Positions 36,883 to 48,954 of a stretch of 64,000 bases of DNA are shown here, piece by piece. Within the stretch, counting starts at the first letter, position 1, and each line of letters starts with the position of its first letter. Both the position numbers and the translations under genes were made by a program. Location of the stretch: positions 3,363-67,362 of the forward strand of contig JAUXAS010000002.1 in the NCBI GenBank assembly GCA_030619825.1, read 5' to 3'. The notes beneath the pieces are model-generated. The model was not told where the DNA came from, did no database searches, and saw only the letters and a program-made list of their open reading frames with translations. The DNA comes from Hadesarchaea archaeon (GTDB lineage Archaea > Hadarchaeota > Hadarchaeia > Hadarchaeales > Hadarchaeaceae).

Positions 36883-37130
36883 CTCTTGGTCCGCCTGATT
36901 TCTTGGATGGCCCGATTCAATTCTCTCCTCGTGAGACCGATCTCCTTTGCGGCACGCTGAAACACGTTCAGGATTTCCTTGGGGTCGACACCGATCCGCT
37001 TCATCAAAATTAGACCCCCTGCTTCAGTGACGTAGAGGTAATCGTCCTCGCTGATGTTCAGGTCATCCCGTATTCCCGCGGGTAGGGTGAGCTGGCCTTT
37101 CGAGGTGACTTTTACCACAGCCTCCACCAT
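36879..37130 (-). CDS. vapB: AbrB/SpoVT-type antitoxin (VapB-like)
   Basis: VKVTSKGQLTLPAGIRDDLNISEDDYLYVTEAGGLILMK is a canonical AbrB swapped-hairpin motif. Confidence 0.8.
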   Translation of the reverse strand: MVEAVVKVTSKGQLTLPAGIRDDLNISEDDYLYVTEAGGLILMKRIGVDPKEILNVFQRAAKEIGLTRRELNRAIQEIRRTKR

Positions 37131-37290
37131 CTTACCACCGTTTAAAATGTAAGAATTCCTTACTTATAAAACTTTGGACCTTGGGGCAACCCACTTGATG
37201 GAGCCAGTTTAATGGCTCAAATTGATAAACCATAAATTGAAAGAATACAAACCAGATAACTGGCTATTACCGGGGCGATTCCCAAGAGGC

Positions 37291-37446
37291 ATATAACTAC
37301 AAGAACTGCCCAGGCGATTTTTGAGCAGGATTGTAAAAATGGTGGAATTCTGAAAGACGTGAGTATTCACTCATTAAGACATAGTTTCGCCACGCATCTT
37401 TTAGAAAATGGAGTGGATTTGAGGTATATCCAAGAGTTATTGGGGA
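37291..37446 (+). pseudogene. C-terminal fragment of a tyrosine recombinase/integrase
   Basis: ...[47 protein letters not shown] is the box II region. The catalytic Tyr segment is missing and no N-terminal part is present. Confidence 0.6.
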
Positions 37447-37478
37447 AAACGTTATATTCAATCACTCTGGCGTGCTCA

Positions 37479-38246
37479 TCATTTTTTTCTTAGAAGAACC
37501 ATGTTATCAGAAAATTTTTTAGCTTTTTCTAGAGGTTTGTCTAAATGCCAAATATTACAATTTCCCTTCCACCACCCTAAGAATTCAAATTTTCCATTTA
37601 ACTTTACAAGTGTTTTAAATTCTTGTGGGTAAATAAATTTTAAATCTCTTTTATGAACAAATTTCATTTCCTTTCCATAATCATTTACTTCATGTGTTAA
37701 TATTTCGGTCCCCATTTGGGTTATTGGATTTTTATAAATCCATTCAAAAGTTGTTTTTACTTTTATTCCTCCTTTTTCTCTTGTCCAGGATTGTTTTCCG
37801 GATTTTGAATTTATGCCATGATTTTGTATAAAATAAAGTCCGCCTTTATTCAGAGATTTTGCAACAGAGTCAAGATGTGAAAGAAACTCTTCATTAGATT
37901 GCACATCTAAGGAGCCCATCATTATAAAAGCAAAATCTGCTTTCTTTTTTAACCTGAAATTTGTTAAATCCGCCCTAATGGTTTCTATTTTTACTCCTTC
38001 TTCCTTCGCTTTCTTTTTCAGATACCCCAACATTCTAAAATTTAAATCTAGTCCAATAGCTTCATATCCTCTTTTTGCAATTTCTCGAAGTTGTAAACTT
38101 GGCCCACATGCTATATCTAAAAATCTTTTAACTTTTCTTTTGCTGAATTTCTTAATTATTTTTTCAAAATTGTCAACTTGCTGTTTGGCGTTTACAAAAA
38201 TAAATGCTATATCATAGTATTCTGGTTTATCATACGGACTTATCAT
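37479..38246 (-). CDS. Class I SAM-dependent methyltransferase (in an AT-rich islet)
   Basis: [28 protein letters not shown] is SAM motif I. Composition is strikingly AT-rich relative to the neighbours. Confidence 0.75.
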   Translation of the reverse strand: MISPYDKPEYYDIAFIFVNAKQQVDNFEKIIKKFSKRKVKRFLDIACGPSLQLREIAKRGYEAIGLDLNFRMLGYLKKKAKEEGVKIETIRADLTNFRLKKKADFAFIMMGSLDVQSNEEFLSHLDSVAKSLNKGGLYFIQNHGINSKSGKQSWTREKGGIKVKTTFEWIYKNPITQMGTEILTHEVNDYGKEMKFVHKRDLKFIYPQEFKTLVKLNGKFEFLGWWKGNCNIWHLDKPLEKAKKFSDNMVLLRKK

Positions 38247-38510
38247 GATATAAAATAATCCTCAATTACTATTTAAAAGATTTGAAAAAATTGCGTGCCC
38301 TCGTGACTTCTCCGTCGTTCAGCTTACGCCTGCGCTACTCGACCTTCGCTATCGCTCAGGGAATATAACACGGGCTATACGGCTCGCTAACGCTCTGCCC
38401 AACTCGTTTCTAACGAAACGACTTCGTATAGCCTGAATACGTTATACGCAATTCCGCCCCGAAGCCTTATGAAAAAAGAAATTTAAGATCAAATGGAAAG
38501 GTAACTAAAA

Positions 38511-38984
38511 ATGTCGAACGAAAATGAATGGAATTTAGTTGCTCCCTGCGGGCTTTATTGTAAAGAATGCACAGCTTTTCTTAATGAGAAATGTGGGGGT
38601 TGCAGGTCTAATGAGGGCTTAAGCAAAGAGTATAGAAAATATTGCGAAATCTATCATTGTTCAAGCAGTAAAAACTTAAAGATATGTTTAGATTGTAAGG
38701 AATTCCCCTGTAGATTCTTTGATTTCTTTAAGACTGAAAAATTAGAGGAAAGCTCTTGGTTTTTAGACATCTGGAGCAACATGAAGCAAATTAAGGAAGT
38801 AGGCCTAACAAATTTCCTGAGGAAGAAAATAGATTGGTTAAGGAAGAGAAAAGAATGTGCTAAGAAAAAAGGGATTAAATATTGCAATGAATGTAAGCAA
38901 TGGCCATGTGAATTTTTGAAAAGACCTGTCCTTGTTCCAGCAAATTTGAAAGAATTTAAAGAATTCATGAGGAAAGGTAGGTAA
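38511..38984 (+). CDS. Cys-rich DUF3795-like protein
   Basis: APCGLYCKECTAF...CGGCRS...C.IYHC...CLDCKEFPC and a second YCNECKQWPC cluster. Confidence 0.6.
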   Translation: MSNENEWNLVAPCGLYCKECTAFLNEKCGGCRSNEGLSKEYRKYCEIYHCSSSKNLKICLDCKEFPCRFFDFFKTEKLEESSWFLDIWSNMKQIKEVGLTNFLRKKIDWLRKRKECAKKKGIKYCNECKQWPCEFLKRPVLVPANLKEFKEFMRKGR

Positions 38985-39134
38985 AAATGAGAGCGATCAG
39001 TAGCTTTGGACGAGACTCTTCCGTTGTTCGCCCCTATCGGGAGCGTATAACAGTGGCTAAAAGGCTTCGCTACGCTTCGCCCAAATTTGCTACGCAAACT
39101 TCTTTTACCCGCAAAACGTTAGGAGTATTTTTGC

Positions 39135-40124
39135 TCATCTGAAATGCTCATAACCGCGATCTGGCAACGCTCGTGTCTTTCCCTTCACTTGAATAAAAAC
39201 TCCCTTACCCTTGGCCACACGTCCAATCGTAGTTGCTGTGGCGCCCACGCGTTTGAGCGCCCACCGAACTTTTTCCCACCCTCTCGGGCGAACCGTAAAG
39301 AGTAATTCAAAATCCTCCCCACCGAAGAGCACGAAATCGTCAACACCAAAACCATACCGGGTGACAAATTTTCTGACGAGTGGATGTTCAGGCACATTAG
39401 CCCGATCGATGACGAGCTTGACTTTGCTCTCTCGAGCCAGTTGCCAAAGGTTCGCCGCGAGCCCATCGGTGACATCTATCGCCGATGTAACAAAGCCACT
39501 CCGCGCCAGAACCATGCCCTCCCGCACGCGCGCTCTCGGTTCAAGCTGGGCTCTGACCAGCGCACGGTAGCCCTTGGCCGGATGTCTCTTGAGCAGGAGC
39601 CTCAAACCCGCCGCGGCCGTCCCCAGCCTGCCCGTCACCGCGATGAGGTCGCCCGCCCTCGCCCCTGAGCGAGTCAGGAGCTCCCGCCTGCGGGCCATGC
39701 CGAAGGCCGCCCCGGATATGACCACCTCCTCGCTCTCGTCCAGGTCCCCACCGACAACGTGGGTGTCGTATTCGCGTGCAGCTACATCCATGCCCCGCAC
39801 GAGCCGCTCGACGAATTTCACCTCGAGCTTCCGCGGCAAACCCACCGAGAAAATCAGTCCTAGGGGCTCGGCCCCCATCGCCGCCAGGTCGCTGAGGTTG
39901 ACTACGACCGCCCTGCGGGCCATCTGCTCGGGTGTCGTGCGAGGTGGGAAATGTCTGCTTGCGACGAGCATATCGGTGGTCGCGACCAGACAACTGCCAT
40001 CGATGTCAATCGCCGCAGCATCGTCACCTATTCCAACCCTAACCCGGGGCCCTCGCCTACAGATTTTACGCGCCAACTCCACCAAGGCTCTTTCGCCGGC
40101 CTCGCTCAGCTTCATCGACTCCAC
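39135..40124 (-). CDS. thiL: Thiamine-monophosphate kinase
   Basis: GIGDDAAAIDIDGSCLVATTDMLVASRHFP and AMGAEPLGLIFSVGLP, an AIR-synthase-like fold. Confidence 0.85.
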   Translation of the reverse strand: MESMKLSEAGERALVELARKICRRGPRVRVGIGDDAAAIDIDGSCLVATTDMLVASRHFPPRTTPEQMARRAVVVNLSDLAAMGAEPLGLIFSVGLPRKLEVKFVERLVRGMDVAAREYDTHVVGGDLDESEEVVISGAAFGMARRRELLTRSGARAGDLIAVTGRLGTAAAGLRLLLKRHPAKGYRALVRAQLEPRARVREGMVLARSGFVTSAIDVTDGLAANLWQLARESKVKLVIDRANVPEHPLVRKFVTRYGFGVDDFVLFGGEDFELLFTVRPRGWEKVRWALKRVGATATTIGRVAKGKGVFIQVKGKTRALPDRGYEHFR

Positions 40125-40490
40125 CTACAACAGAGGCAACTTGCTAGTAACTTTGTCCACAAGTTCGGACGGCGCTGGCCCGACTGCTAAAACCGTGGTA
40201 GTGTTTGGGGGCAACTCGGTAAGTCCTGAATCTTGGATCAACTCACATGATAAGCTCAATTCCTTCGCATGTGCCTCAAGTTCTCTCAGTTCCTCATCGT
40301 TCGATACTTTAACAACCACTTTTTTCTGACCCTCGCCTAGCCAAGCCTTGAACCACTCTTGTTTCGCCCTCCTCGTTCGCTCAGCCGATGCCACGGAACC
40401 GTGCGCAACCTGTGTCGCGAGCTTTCCCGGACTCATCTCAAGGTCGGCTCGAACGACGATTACCTGCTTGTACCTAAACACCCTCGCCAC
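40125..40490 (-). CDS. pth2: Peptidyl-tRNA hydrolase, archaeal Pth2
   Basis: KQVIVVRADLEMSPGKLATQVAHGSV...GQKKVVVKV...IQDSGLTELPPNTTTVLAVGP. Confidence 0.9.
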   Translation of the reverse strand: MARVFRYKQVIVVRADLEMSPGKLATQVAHGSVASAERTRRAKQEWFKAWLGEGQKKVVVKVSNDEELRELEAHAKELSLSCELIQDSGLTELPPNTTTVLAVGPAPSELVDKVTSKLPLL

Positions 40491-41013
40491 TTTCTCGCTT
40501 CTCCTCAGAAGGTTTGGGCGGTGGGGCTGGTCGCTCTTCGGGTGGGGCTGGTTTCTCTTCAGGTGGAGCTGGTAGCTCTTCGGGTGGGTGTGGCTGCTCG
40601 GGCGGGGTTGGTTTTTCCTCAGGTGGAACCGGCTTGGGCTTGGGCGGCCTCAGTCTACTTATCTTTCGCATCAACGCGCGCACATACCTCAATCTGCTTA
40701 TCTTTCGCACCAACGCGCGCTCATAAATTATGGCCACCTCCAGCCCCCCGCGCCAGTACGCTATGAATACAAAAAGCAGACACACGCCGAGCACGGCGAG
40801 TATGAATGGTACTAAGGTGAGCATTTTCACTCCTGGCTGGGCGAGCACAAAACCGAGGTAAATGAGCACAAGCACACCTAGGCCCAAGCTCACCCCCATG
40901 CGCTCCCAGAAATCGAGGCTCTCCCTGCGGGGGTAGAGCACGAGCGTGAAGAGGAAGCCCGGCACCATCAAGAGGAATAAGCCGAATAGCACGTACACGA
41001 GTACATCTAGCAT
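40474..41013 (-). CDS. Membrane protein with a Pro/Glu-rich repetitive C-terminal tail
   Basis: Four hydrophobic helices, then the duplication RALVRKISRLRYV/RALMRKISRLRPP and the PPEE(K/L)P(A/T)PPE repeats. Confidence 0.6.
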   Translation of the reverse strand: MLDVLVYVLFGLFLLMVPGFLFTLVLYPRRESLDFWERMGVSLGLGVLVLIYLGFVLAQPGVKMLTLVPFILAVLGVCLLFVFIAYWRGGLEVAIIYERALVRKISRLRYVRALMRKISRLRPPKPKPVPPEEKPTPPEQPHPPEELPAPPEEKPAPPEERPAPPPKPSEEKRESGEGV

Positions 41014-41042
41014 CCCATCACTCGTTAGGGTTATCTGGAGGG

Positions 41043-42263
41043 TTGCCTAAAAAGTTGCAAGGTGATGACTTGCGAGTAGATGTCGCCGTGGTTGGCGGCG
41101 GTCCTGCGGGATGCTTCGTCAGCGGGGTGCTTGCCAAACAAGGTTTTGAAGTTGCAATCATCGAGGAGCATGCTGAAGTGGGCAACCCGGCCTGCTGCGC
41201 GGGCGTGGTGGGGGTAGGCGGGCTTCGAGAGCTGAAAATCAAGCCGGGGAAATGGGTGCTCGGCAAGCTTCGCCGCGCCGTTTTCTACCCCCCATCGAAC
41301 GAGCCCGTCGAGATAACTCGCGGCAAGGTGGAGGCATTTGTAATCGACCGCGCCGCCTTCGACCGGGAGATGGCGAGAAAAGCCGTGAAGGCTGGGGCCA
41401 CCCTGCTCCTTGGGACAAGGTGCGTGGGACTCAAACTTGGGCGCGAGCCAGTGGTGAAGCTCAAGGGTGGACGTGAAACCGAAGTCGGGGCACGCTTGGT
41501 AATCGGCGCAGACGGCCCGGCTTCGATCATCGCGCGGGAGGCAGGCCTGCTTAAAAACGTGCGCTACCTCAAATGCTCCCAACTCGAAACTATCGCTGAA
41601 GTCCGAGCTGACGCCACCGAGCTTTACTTCGGCAGCTCGTTCGCCCCTGGCTTCTTCGCTTGGTTGACCCCGGCCGGCGACCTCTGTCGCGTGGGGCTCG
41701 GCACCTTCCGGGGCGATGCCCTCAGGAATCTCCTATCTTTTGTAGGGACTCACCCGACAGCATCCACCAAGGTCCAATCCAGTAAAATTCTCAGCCTCTG
41801 CGCTGGGCTCATCCCCGAGCCGCTGACGAGGAAGATCTACACCGACCGCGTGATACTTGTAGGCGACGCCGCCGGTCACGTCAAGCCCCTCACAGGCGGC
41901 GGCATCTACGTCGGGCTTTCTTGCTCCCAACTCGCTGCCGAGGTCGCGGCGGATGCCCTTGGGAGCGAGCCCACCGCCAAGAAGCTTCGCGCGTACGAAC
42001 GGGCCGTGATGAAGAGATTTGGCCGCGAGTTTGAGCTGGGAATTCGTGCACGCAGGGTTTTTGAGCAAATGACCGATGAGGACCTAAATTCAATATTCGA
42101 ACTTCTGAAGAGAGAAGACGTTCAAGCGCTGGTACTAGAAAACTTCGACTTCGACCACCACGAAAAACTACTCCGAGCCCTTCTAATCAAGGCCCCACGA
42201 TTGCTACCCTCGCTCGAGCTGAAAAGGATCCTGAAATACTCACGCTACCTACTGAAACCCTAA
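41043..42263 (+). CDS. Geranylgeranyl reductase family flavoprotein (digeranylgeranylglycerophospholipid reductase-like)
   Basis: FAD motif DVAVVGGGPAGCFVSGVLAKQG, GADGPASIIAR and VGDAAGHVKPLTGGGIY. Non-ATG (TTG) start, so the start is uncertain. Confidence 0.85.
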   Translation: MPKKLQGDDLRVDVAVVGGGPAGCFVSGVLAKQGFEVAIIEEHAEVGNPACCAGVVGVGGLRELKIKPGKWVLGKLRRAVFYPPSNEPVEITRGKVEAFVIDRAAFDREMARKAVKAGATLLLGTRCVGLKLGREPVVKLKGGRETEVGARLVIGADGPASIIAREAGLLKNVRYLKCSQLETIAEVRADATELYFGSSFAPGFFAWLTPAGDLCRVGLGTFRGDALRNLLSFVGTHPTASTKVQSSKILSLCAGLIPEPLTRKIYTDRVILVGDAAGHVKPLTGGGIYVGLSCSQLAAEVAADALGSEPTAKKLRAYERAVMKRFGREFELGIRARRVFEQMTDEDLNSIFELLKREDVQALVLENFDFDHHEKLLRALLIKAPRLLPSLELKRILKYSRYLLKP

Positions 42264-42267
42264 AAAA

Positions 42268-42499
42268 TGGCGGGGATTTAGACCCTTCCACTACTCCCTC
42301 GACGAGCTTGCGAATCTCGACCACTCCGCTCACTCATCGCTTTTTCACGTTGGGGCCTTTATCCCACAGTCGTTGCCTTGCCTCGCTCCTCCACGAGACT
42401 TATCCGCGTCCTCCCCCGGTTTTTCGCCCGAGTTTTTACGCGGCTCTCCGTTGCCCTTAAGCTCCGGTTCGGCCTCCTCTGCAGACTTCTATCCCCGCC
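42268..42499 (-). ncRNA. Structured RNA candidate, copy 1 (class unassigned)
   Basis: 5' GGCGGGGA pairs with 3' UCCCCGCC, then A. A T6 run follows immediately after the 3' end. TATA at -23 to -29. Helices covary with copy 2 (see findings). Confidence 0.6.
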
Positions 42500-42521
42500 G
42501 CCTGCATTTAAAGCGTCCCGC

Positions 42522-42528
42522 TATTTAA
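42522..42528 (-). promoter_or_regulatory. TATA box for structured RNA copy 1
   Basis: TTAAATA on the minus strand, 23-29 nt upstream of the first G of the terminal helix. Confidence 0.5.
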
Positions 42529-42585
42529 GGTTTTTTTCGAAAGTAGAACTATTTCCAACTTAGATATATGGCTAAAATAAAAAAA

Positions 42586-42789
42586 TGGCGGGGTTCGACC
42601 CCTCGACTACTCTTCAGCGCAACTTTCGCTGCGCCGCTTTTCATCTCGGGGCCTTTTTCCCACAGCTCTTGCCTCCGCACCCACCACCGGGCGCCTTAGC
42701 CAATCCCTTCCCAAGTACTCCTGGTTTCTGAGTGGCTCCCCGTCGCCCTTGAGCGCCGGTTTGGCTTTCGCTGCGGGCTTCCCCCCGCC
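42586..42789 (-). ncRNA. Structured RNA candidate, copy 2 (class unassigned)
   Basis: 5' GGCGGGG pairs with 3' CCCCGCC, then A, followed by T7. TATA at -24 to -30. 9-bp GAAA-capped hairpin at 42615-42636. Confidence 0.6.
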
Positions 42790-42812
42790 AAAATTCATAT
42801 TCCTTATCAACC

Positions 42813-42819
42813 TAATAAA
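42813..42819. promoter_or_regulatory. TATA box shared by structured RNA copy 2 (minus) and the DRG GTPase gene (plus)
   Basis: TAATAAA/TTTATTA lies 24-30 nt from the RNA 5' end (42789) and about 20 nt from ATG 42835. Confidence 0.45.
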
Positions 42820-42834
42820 GATTTGGCGTCAAAA

Positions 42835-44007
42835 ATGCCAGCAAACCTCCGCCCAGAATACTTCAAGGCTGAAGAGCGATACCTCCAAGCGCGAACGCTG
42901 GAGGAGCGAATCCTTGCAACCGAGGAGCTCATCCGCCTCGCCCCGAAGCATAAGGGGACCGAGAAGCTCCTGAGGGTACTCAAGCGGCGCCTGGCCAAGC
43001 TTCGCCAAGAGCTACGGGTGAAGCAGGGGCGCCGGGTCGGGAGGAGTGGGCCGAGCTTCGCTATCAAAAAGGAAGGCGCCGCCCAAATAGCACTCGTTGG
43101 GGCACCGAACTCAGGGAAATCGACGCTGCTACACCAACTCACGGCCGCCCGTCCAAAAATCGACAATTATCTATTCACCACCCGGCGGCCAGTGCCGGGA
43201 ATGATGCAATTCGAGGATGTTCAAATACAGTTGGTTGAGGTCCCCGCGGTGATCGAGGGCTCGAGCCTCGGCAAGGGGCTTGGTGCACAGCCGCTCAGCG
43301 TCGCCCGAAACGCGGACGCCATCGTCCTAGTGGTCGATGCCTCGACGGAGCCGATCGAGCAGGTCCGAATTCTGATCAACGAACTCGAGGCAGCAGGCAT
43401 CAGGCTCAACCAGCAGATCCCCAAGCTCAGTATCCAGCGCAAGGTCACGGGAGGGATTGAAGTTCGGGGAGCGGGTGCGTTCGATGGCAGCGAAGTGGAG
43501 CTCAAACGCATCCTGCAAGAGCATCGCATCCACAACGCGCTCTTGACCATCGACGAACCGGTAACGGCCGATGACCTCGAGGAATTGCTCGATGAATCCT
43601 TGGTTTATCGCCGTGCCTTCATCCTCCTCACAAAATGTGAATCTTCGGGCGCCGCAGACAAACTCAAGCTGCTGGAGCGCGAGTTCAGGGGGCGCTTTCG
43701 GGCGATTGCCACTCAAGGGGCTGGGGAGCGGCTGAAGCAAGCGATCTTCGAAAAACTCGACCTCATCCGCGTTTACACCAAGCGCTCCGACGAGGAGCCA
43801 GCCAAACGCCCGCTGGTCCTGCCTAAGGGCTCGACGATCTTCGACATCGCAAGGGCGGTGCACAAAGATTTCGCGAGAGAGCTGGAGTTTGCCCGTGTGT
43901 GGGGGTCGACGCGCTTTCCGGGACAACAGGTGCCTCGGGAGTACGCGCTTCAGGACAAAGACATCGTCGAACTTCACGCATCAAAAATCTACTCGCCGCG
44001 CAAGTAG
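42835..44007 (+). CDS. Developmentally regulated GTP-binding protein (DRG/Obg-like GTPase with TGS domain)
   Basis: G1 LVGAPNSGKSTLL, YLFTT, C-terminal TGS-like KDIVELH. ATG 42835 preferred over TTG 42823. Confidence 0.85.
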   Translation: MPANLRPEYFKAEERYLQARTLEERILATEELIRLAPKHKGTEKLLRVLKRRLAKLRQELRVKQGRRVGRSGPSFAIKKEGAAQIALVGAPNSGKSTLLHQLTAARPKIDNYLFTTRRPVPGMMQFEDVQIQLVEVPAVIEGSSLGKGLGAQPLSVARNADAIVLVVDASTEPIEQVRILINELEAAGIRLNQQIPKLSIQRKVTGGIEVRGAGAFDGSEVELKRILQEHRIHNALLTIDEPVTADDLEELLDESLVYRRAFILLTKCESSGAADKLKLLEREFRGRFRAIATQGAGERLKQAIFEKLDLIRVYTKRSDEEPAKRPLVLPKGSTIFDIARAVHKDFARELEFARVWGSTRFPGQQVPREYALQDKDIVELHASKIYSPRK

Positions 44008-44648
44008 CGGGTAATCTTTAAAACAGCGTCGGGTTTGCCCACGACCGTGACGAGATCCCCCGCTCGGATATCGGTATCGCCCCGTGGGGGAATGAGCTCG
44101 TCGCCCCGTGTTATCATCGCGAACGTGCAGCTTTTTGGTACGTCTACGTCCTTGATGAACTTTCCGACCGACTTCGAGCCCGCGCCGACCGTGACCTCCA
44201 CGACCTCACCCTTGCCGCCGCCTATGCCAAGCAGCCCGTAGACCCCCGAGCCCGTCACAGCCTTCTCGAAAAGCATCACCGCGGCGCTCACCAAGCTAAC
44301 CGCGATGTCAACCCCAAGCTCCTCAAACATCTTCGCGTGCTTCTCGTCGTTGACGCGAGCGATCACCCTCCGGACGCCCATCTTCTTACCCAACTCACAC
44401 GACATGAGGTTGACCTCATCGGCTTGGGTGAGGGCGATCAGCACGTCTGCCTTATCGACGCCCGAATCCTTCAACGTGTCTATGTCGGCGCCGTTGCCGT
44501 GGATGACGAGCATGTCCAGCTCGGCCGCCAGCTCGTGGGCTCGCTTCTCGTCCCTCTCGATCACCACCACGTTGTGCCCTCGATCGCCCAGCCGCTTGGC
44601 CAGTTTGGAGCCCGTCTGTCCCCCGCCGACGATCACGATGTACGACAT
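43989..44648 (-). CDS. trkA: Trk-type potassium transport NAD-binding protein (TrkA-N + TrkA-C)
   Basis: IVIVGGGQTGSKLAKRL, DVLIALTQADEVN and C-terminal RGDTDIRAGDLVTVVG. Confidence 0.85.
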   Translation of the reverse strand: MSYIVIVGGGQTGSKLAKRLGDRGHNVVVIERDEKRAHELAAELDMLVIHGNGADIDTLKDSGVDKADVLIALTQADEVNLMSCELGKKMGVRRVIARVNDEKHAKMFEELGVDIAVSLVSAAVMLFEKAVTGSGVYGLLGIGGGKGEVVEVTVGAGSKSVGKFIKDVDVPKSCTFAMITRGDELIPPRGDTDIRAGDLVTVVGKPDAVLKITRYLRGE

Positions 44649-44723
44649 TTGCTGCCTGCCATATTTTATGGGTAATTAAATAAATAAGGATGAGGGCTTT
44701 AAAGCTTATTTAGAGTGGTCCAG

Positions 44724-45242
44724 ATGCCGATCCGACCAGCGCGAACCTACCGCTATTTTAGCGGTCCGGCCTACACCCGCCGGGAGTACGTTAAGGGAGT
44801 CCCGGGGGTACGTGTTACTTTCTTCGACATGGGCAACCCAAAAGGCGATTTCCCCGTCGAAATGTCCTTGATCTCGCAGGAGAGCGGCCAGATAAGGCAC
44901 AACGCGCTAGAAGCCGCTCGCATCGCCGCGAACCGCCTGCTCGAGGTCAAGGCGGGCAAGGACAATTACCATTTCAAGATCCGCGTCTACCCCCACCAGA
45001 TTCTGCGGGAGAACCCCATGGCAACAGGGGCGGGGGCTGACCGGATCTCCGATGGTATGGCCCGATCCTTCGGCCGACCGATCGGCACCGCCGCGAGGGT
45101 CAGCCGAGGACAAAAGCTCATGAGCGTGCGAATAGCGGAGGAATTTGCACTCGTCGGCAAGGAAGCGCTCCGCCGTGCAAGTTTGAAGCTGTCCCTGCCG
45201 TCCCGAATCGTTGTGGAGCGGGGGCAGAAACTATTTGGATGA
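44724..45242 (+). CDS. rpl10e: 50S ribosomal protein L10e (uL16)
   Basis: [27 protein letters not shown]...[14 protein letters not shown]...[11 protein letters not shown]. Confidence 0.9.
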   Translation: MPIRPARTYRYFSGPAYTRREYVKGVPGVRVTFFDMGNPKGDFPVEMSLISQESGQIRHNALEAARIAANRLLEVKAGKDNYHFKIRVYPHQILRENPMATGAGADRISDGMARSFGRPIGTAARVSRGQKLMSVRIAEEFALVGKEALRRASLKLSLPSRIVVERGQKLFG

Positions 45243-46106
45243 ACTCGCCATCGCCGCGAGCAACTCGTAAATAACTTTCGCCGCAGCAAATGCCGCGGTA
45301 CCGTCGTCGTGCGGTGGAACCAATTCCACGACATCAAAAGCCCATAAGTCGAGTTTCCCAAACTCACGAACCAACCGCAAAATTTCAACCGTCGAAGGCC
45401 CCCCAGGTTCCGGGGTCGCAACCCCTGGCGCGAAAGCCGGATCTAGCACGTCGAGGTCGATGGTGAGGTAGACCCTCGCGCCACCGACGAGCTTGCGCAC
45501 CTCCGCGACTATTCTCGATGCATCATCAATTATCTGCTCTGAAGTGTAGGTCGTTATCCCCTCCTCTCGTGCGAACTCCGCTTCCTCCTTCGAACAGGAG
45601 CGGATGCCCACCTGCAAGAGGCGCTCGGGGGGCAGGTGATCCAGCACCCTGCGCATCACCGTCGCGTGGCAGAGCTTGTCGCCCAAGTACTCATCGCGGA
45701 GATCGCGGTGGGCATCTAGCTGCACCACGAAAACATCCTTGAAAGCTTGGAGGGTGAAGTATGACAGCGTGTGCTCTCCGCCCAGCAAAATTGGCATCTT
45801 CCCATCCTTTGTTATCTTTTGAACCGACCGCGAGATCCGCTCCCCCGTTGCCCTAAGGTCGGTGGGGGTAACCATCAAGTCGCCGAGGTCTGAGATGTTC
45901 AGACGCTCGAAAACATCCAGTCTAGCCGATGTCAAGTAGGTCTCGAGATTTGCCGACGCCTCTCGAATCCTAGCTGGACCGAAGCGGTAGCCTGAACGAT
46001 AGCTTGAGGTGACATCGAGTGGCACGCCCAAGAAGACAACGTTGGCCCGCTCGTAGGGCTCGTCGAAGCCGCCGAAACCCGGTCGGACCGGGGTAATCCA
46101 TTCCAT
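45231..46106 (-). CDS. speB: Agmatinase (ureohydrolase family)
   Basis: [39 protein letters not shown] and [14 protein letters not shown] are Mn-binding motifs. Confidence 0.88.
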   Translation of the reverse strand: MEWITPVRPGFGGFDEPYERANVVFLGVPLDVTSSYRSGYRFGPARIREASANLETYLTSARLDVFERLNISDLGDLMVTPTDLRATGERISRSVQKITKDGKMPILLGGEHTLSYFTLQAFKDVFVVQLDAHRDLRDEYLGDKLCHATVMRRVLDHLPPERLLQVGIRSCSKEEAEFAREEGITTYTSEQIIDDASRIVAEVRKLVGGARVYLTIDLDVLDPAFAPGVATPEPGGPSTVEILRLVREFGKLDLWAFDVVELVPPHDDGTAAFAAAKVIYELLAAMASSSK

Positions 46107-46150
46107 CTACTAACCCCCCTTATAGTGGGGCCCCAAAAAGAATAAAAGCA

Positions 46151-48880
<2,730 letters not shown>

Positions 48881-48954
48881 CTACGTGTTTTGATTCCAAA
48901 CTGTGTCACGAAAAGTGCAAGGGCAAGTCTCCATAAGTGGTATAAATCTCGAAG

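Noticed and set aside
42268-42789. Considered whether the tandem RNAs are tRNAs with introns, RNase P RNA or SRP RNA.
   Set aside because: The 7-bp terminal helix plus 3' A looks tRNA-like, but no D-arm, anticodon arm or T-arm can be placed (the sequence before the 3' strand is UCGAGGGGUCGAA, not a T-arm). The universal RNase P block GAGGAAAGUCC is absent; only weak resemblances exist (GCGAAAGCC, AGAGGAGGCCG). A single-copy RNA would also not be expected in tandem. SRP helix-8 motifs are missing and the length is too short for archaeal 7S RNA.
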